From Amoebophrya sp. A120 (Eukaryota; Protista; Dinoflagellata): a stretch of 64,000 nt of DNA. Each line of letters begins with the position of its first letter. The first letter of the stretch is position 1. The notes under the pieces were generated by a model that saw only the letters and a list, made by a program, of their open reading frames with translations, ran no database searches and was not told the DNA's origin. Below are positions 63,101-64,000 of this stretch, in pieces. The translations under genes and the position numbers were made by a program. The DNA is taken from the NCBI GenBank assembly GCA_905178155.1, contig CAJINV010000013.1, positions 2,298,281-2,362,280 on the forward strand. Reading direction: 5' to 3'.

Positions 63101-64000
63101 TCGGGCGGTTGTTTTTGACCAACAAGTTGATCATCGGGGGCTTGAAGATCGTCACGCAGGACCCGCTCGGGAAGTCGTTGAAGGTGCTCATCCGACTGGA
63201 CAAAATCCCGGTGTTCGCTGATTTCATCGAGTACAGGGTCGACTCTTACGAAGTGATGAAGTCCACCTACAAGGACAGCTTCCGGCTCCGGGGCCGCTTC
63301 GCGAACCTGCAGGCGGAACCCGCCCGCGACAGTTTTGAATCGCTGGAGCTGCCGAAGTTTCAGTATCCAAGAAAAAAACGATGTTAGTGTAACTGTCTTT
63401 GGCTGACAGCATCACAAGTATGCTCTACATGACAGAGAAAACCTGTCATGCGTGGGTCGTAAGGGAAAACACACACGAAAAGAGGACTTCATGGTCGTCT
63501 GGCATGACAGGTGTAACTCTGTTGCATGTTCTGCATCACAGAGTTACACTTACACAGTTTTTTGCTTGCATATCCAGATCTCCGTGTTCATCAACACGGA
63601 CGCCGCCGAGGACGCGAACGTGCGACAGGTTATGGACAGCAACAATGGCGGGAGTTACGAGTCCTGGCGGCAACGGGACTTGAAGAAAACCACGGAAATT
63701 ATCCGCAAAGTCTACAACATCGACGTCTACCCGGACTTCACGCCGCCCGCGATCTTCTTCGAAAAACCGCTCTCCGCGGCGTTTGCGAGGAACGAGAATG
63801 ACGCGAGCTTCATCACGACGACGGCAAAGGATAAGCACACCATCGACGATTTCTACTTCCGGGTGGCGCAGAGGACGGACGTGGGGATGACAATCAAATT
63901 GAAATCCGAGGACGGGCAGGAGGACCGCGTGTACCGGGCGCGAGTCGGGGTGCCCTACGGCGGGAAACTGCGGTTTCCCAACGCGGACCAGGTTTTCAGG
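51179..64000 (+). CDS. Giant secreted/surface adhesin-like protein (cadherin-like repeats, F5/8-type-C/discoidin-like and PAN/Apple-like domains), 3'-partial; all 10 introns are introners
   Basis: Hydrophobic signal FAFLYLLFLLFFTTFQIFHPAHA; recurring AL..L.Y.P and VN..P linker motifs (PVNNQPV, AENEPPV, QVDDLP); discoidin-like GLRFELFGC and AWVPHFWDKRSYVEV; PAN-like CRAQC..CGSYSF..CFL. The ORF is open upstream to 50108, so the start is uncertain. Confidence 0.75.
52590..52611 (+). other. Dinoflagellate spliced-leader sequence (DinoSL), exact 22-mer
   Basis: TCCGTAGCCATTTTGGCTCAAG matches DCCGTAGCCATTTTGGCTCAAG; it is followed by GC, not the GT donor expected in an SL RNA gene. Confidence 0.95.
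52590..53922 (+). mobile_element. Probable retroposed SL-trans-spliced RNA (retrocopy or SINE-like element)
   Basis: Starts with DinoSL; flanked by direct repeat gcatgacaactc (52580-52591, 53923-53934); internal A10 at 53712-53721; no long ORF. Confidence 0.75.
54038..54299. mobile_element. Introner family C-like
   Basis: DR aatct/tatct; frame restored. Confidence 0.85.
56026..56170. mobile_element. Introner family E (145 bp, long inverted arms)
   Basis: tatgaactgcaaaagtatcgtactcgtat / atacgagtgcgatacttttgcacaggata; DR tgaac/cgaac. Confidence 0.9.
56216..56537. mobile_element. Introner family B
   Basis: DR cccgg/cccgg; frame restored. Confidence 0.93.
57847..58104. mobile_element. Introner family C
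   Basis: DR ccttg/ccttg; frame restored. Confidence 0.92.
59794..60001. mobile_element. Introner family D, reverse orientation
   Basis: DR caata/caaca; frame restored. Confidence 0.9.
60108..60430. mobile_element. Introner family B
   Basis: DR cctgt/cctgt; frame restored. Confidence 0.93.
61328..61585. mobile_element. Introner family C
   Basis: DR ctcca/ctcca; frame restored. Confidence 0.93.
61789..62609. mobile_element. Introner family C, 821 bp, with a nested ~570-bp insert ending in (TAC)8
   Basis: Perfect C-type TIRs; DR gaggc/gaggg; both ends align in reverse to 13240-13488. Confidence 0.9.
63364..63572. mobile_element. Introner family G
   Basis: DR ttcag/tccag; frame restored; homologous to 27673-27881. 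Confidence 0.92.

Noticed and set aside
271-63572. Frameshifted pseudogenes
   Set aside because: Every interruption is explained by an element+5 nt excision or a GT-AG intron, with no residual stops in the reconstructed frames.
271-63572. Nucleosome-multiple periodicity in introner length
   Set aside because: Lengths cluster by family (~209, ~257, ~280, ~320 bp) with no common period evident by eye.

Overview
Eukaryotic, dinoflagellate-like genomic DNA. An exact dinoflagellate spliced leader, all genes on one strand and many non-canonical introns point to a syndinian parasite such as Amoebophrya (inference). Ten protein-coding genes lie on the + strand: trehalose-6-phosphate synthase/phosphatase 3' end, two single-pass membrane proteins, an EXD1-like 3'-5' exonuclease with a very long low-complexity N-terminus, an ankyrin protein, a TPR-Aha1 protein, PEX11, a 147-aa orphan, a divergent strawberry-notch-like helicase and a giant cadherin-like/discoidin/PAN adhesin. 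I mapped by eye 47 'introner' elements of 145-1623 bp, all inside coding sequence. They have TAT...ATA terminal inverted repeats (TIRs, degenerate in a few copies) and 5-nt flanking direct repeats (DRs), identical in 23 cases and diverged in 24. Removing each element plus 5 nt restores the reading frame without needing GT-AG. Highlights: (1) an introner carrying a 1.33-kb insert that starts with the exact 22-nt spliced leader and has a 12-bp target duplication, i.e. a probable retroposed trans-spliced RNA; (2) adjacent introners implying 0-nt and 2-nt exons; (3) DR divergence suggesting the splice register and a drift toward canonical G...AG ends; (4) motifs shared across otherwise unrelated introner families. 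Also present: a 9-bp-TSD Mutator-like element, a 1.9-kb TIR element and an inverted satellite block. All coordinates and counts were read by hand, and the splicing models are inferred from frame restoration rather than from transcripts.
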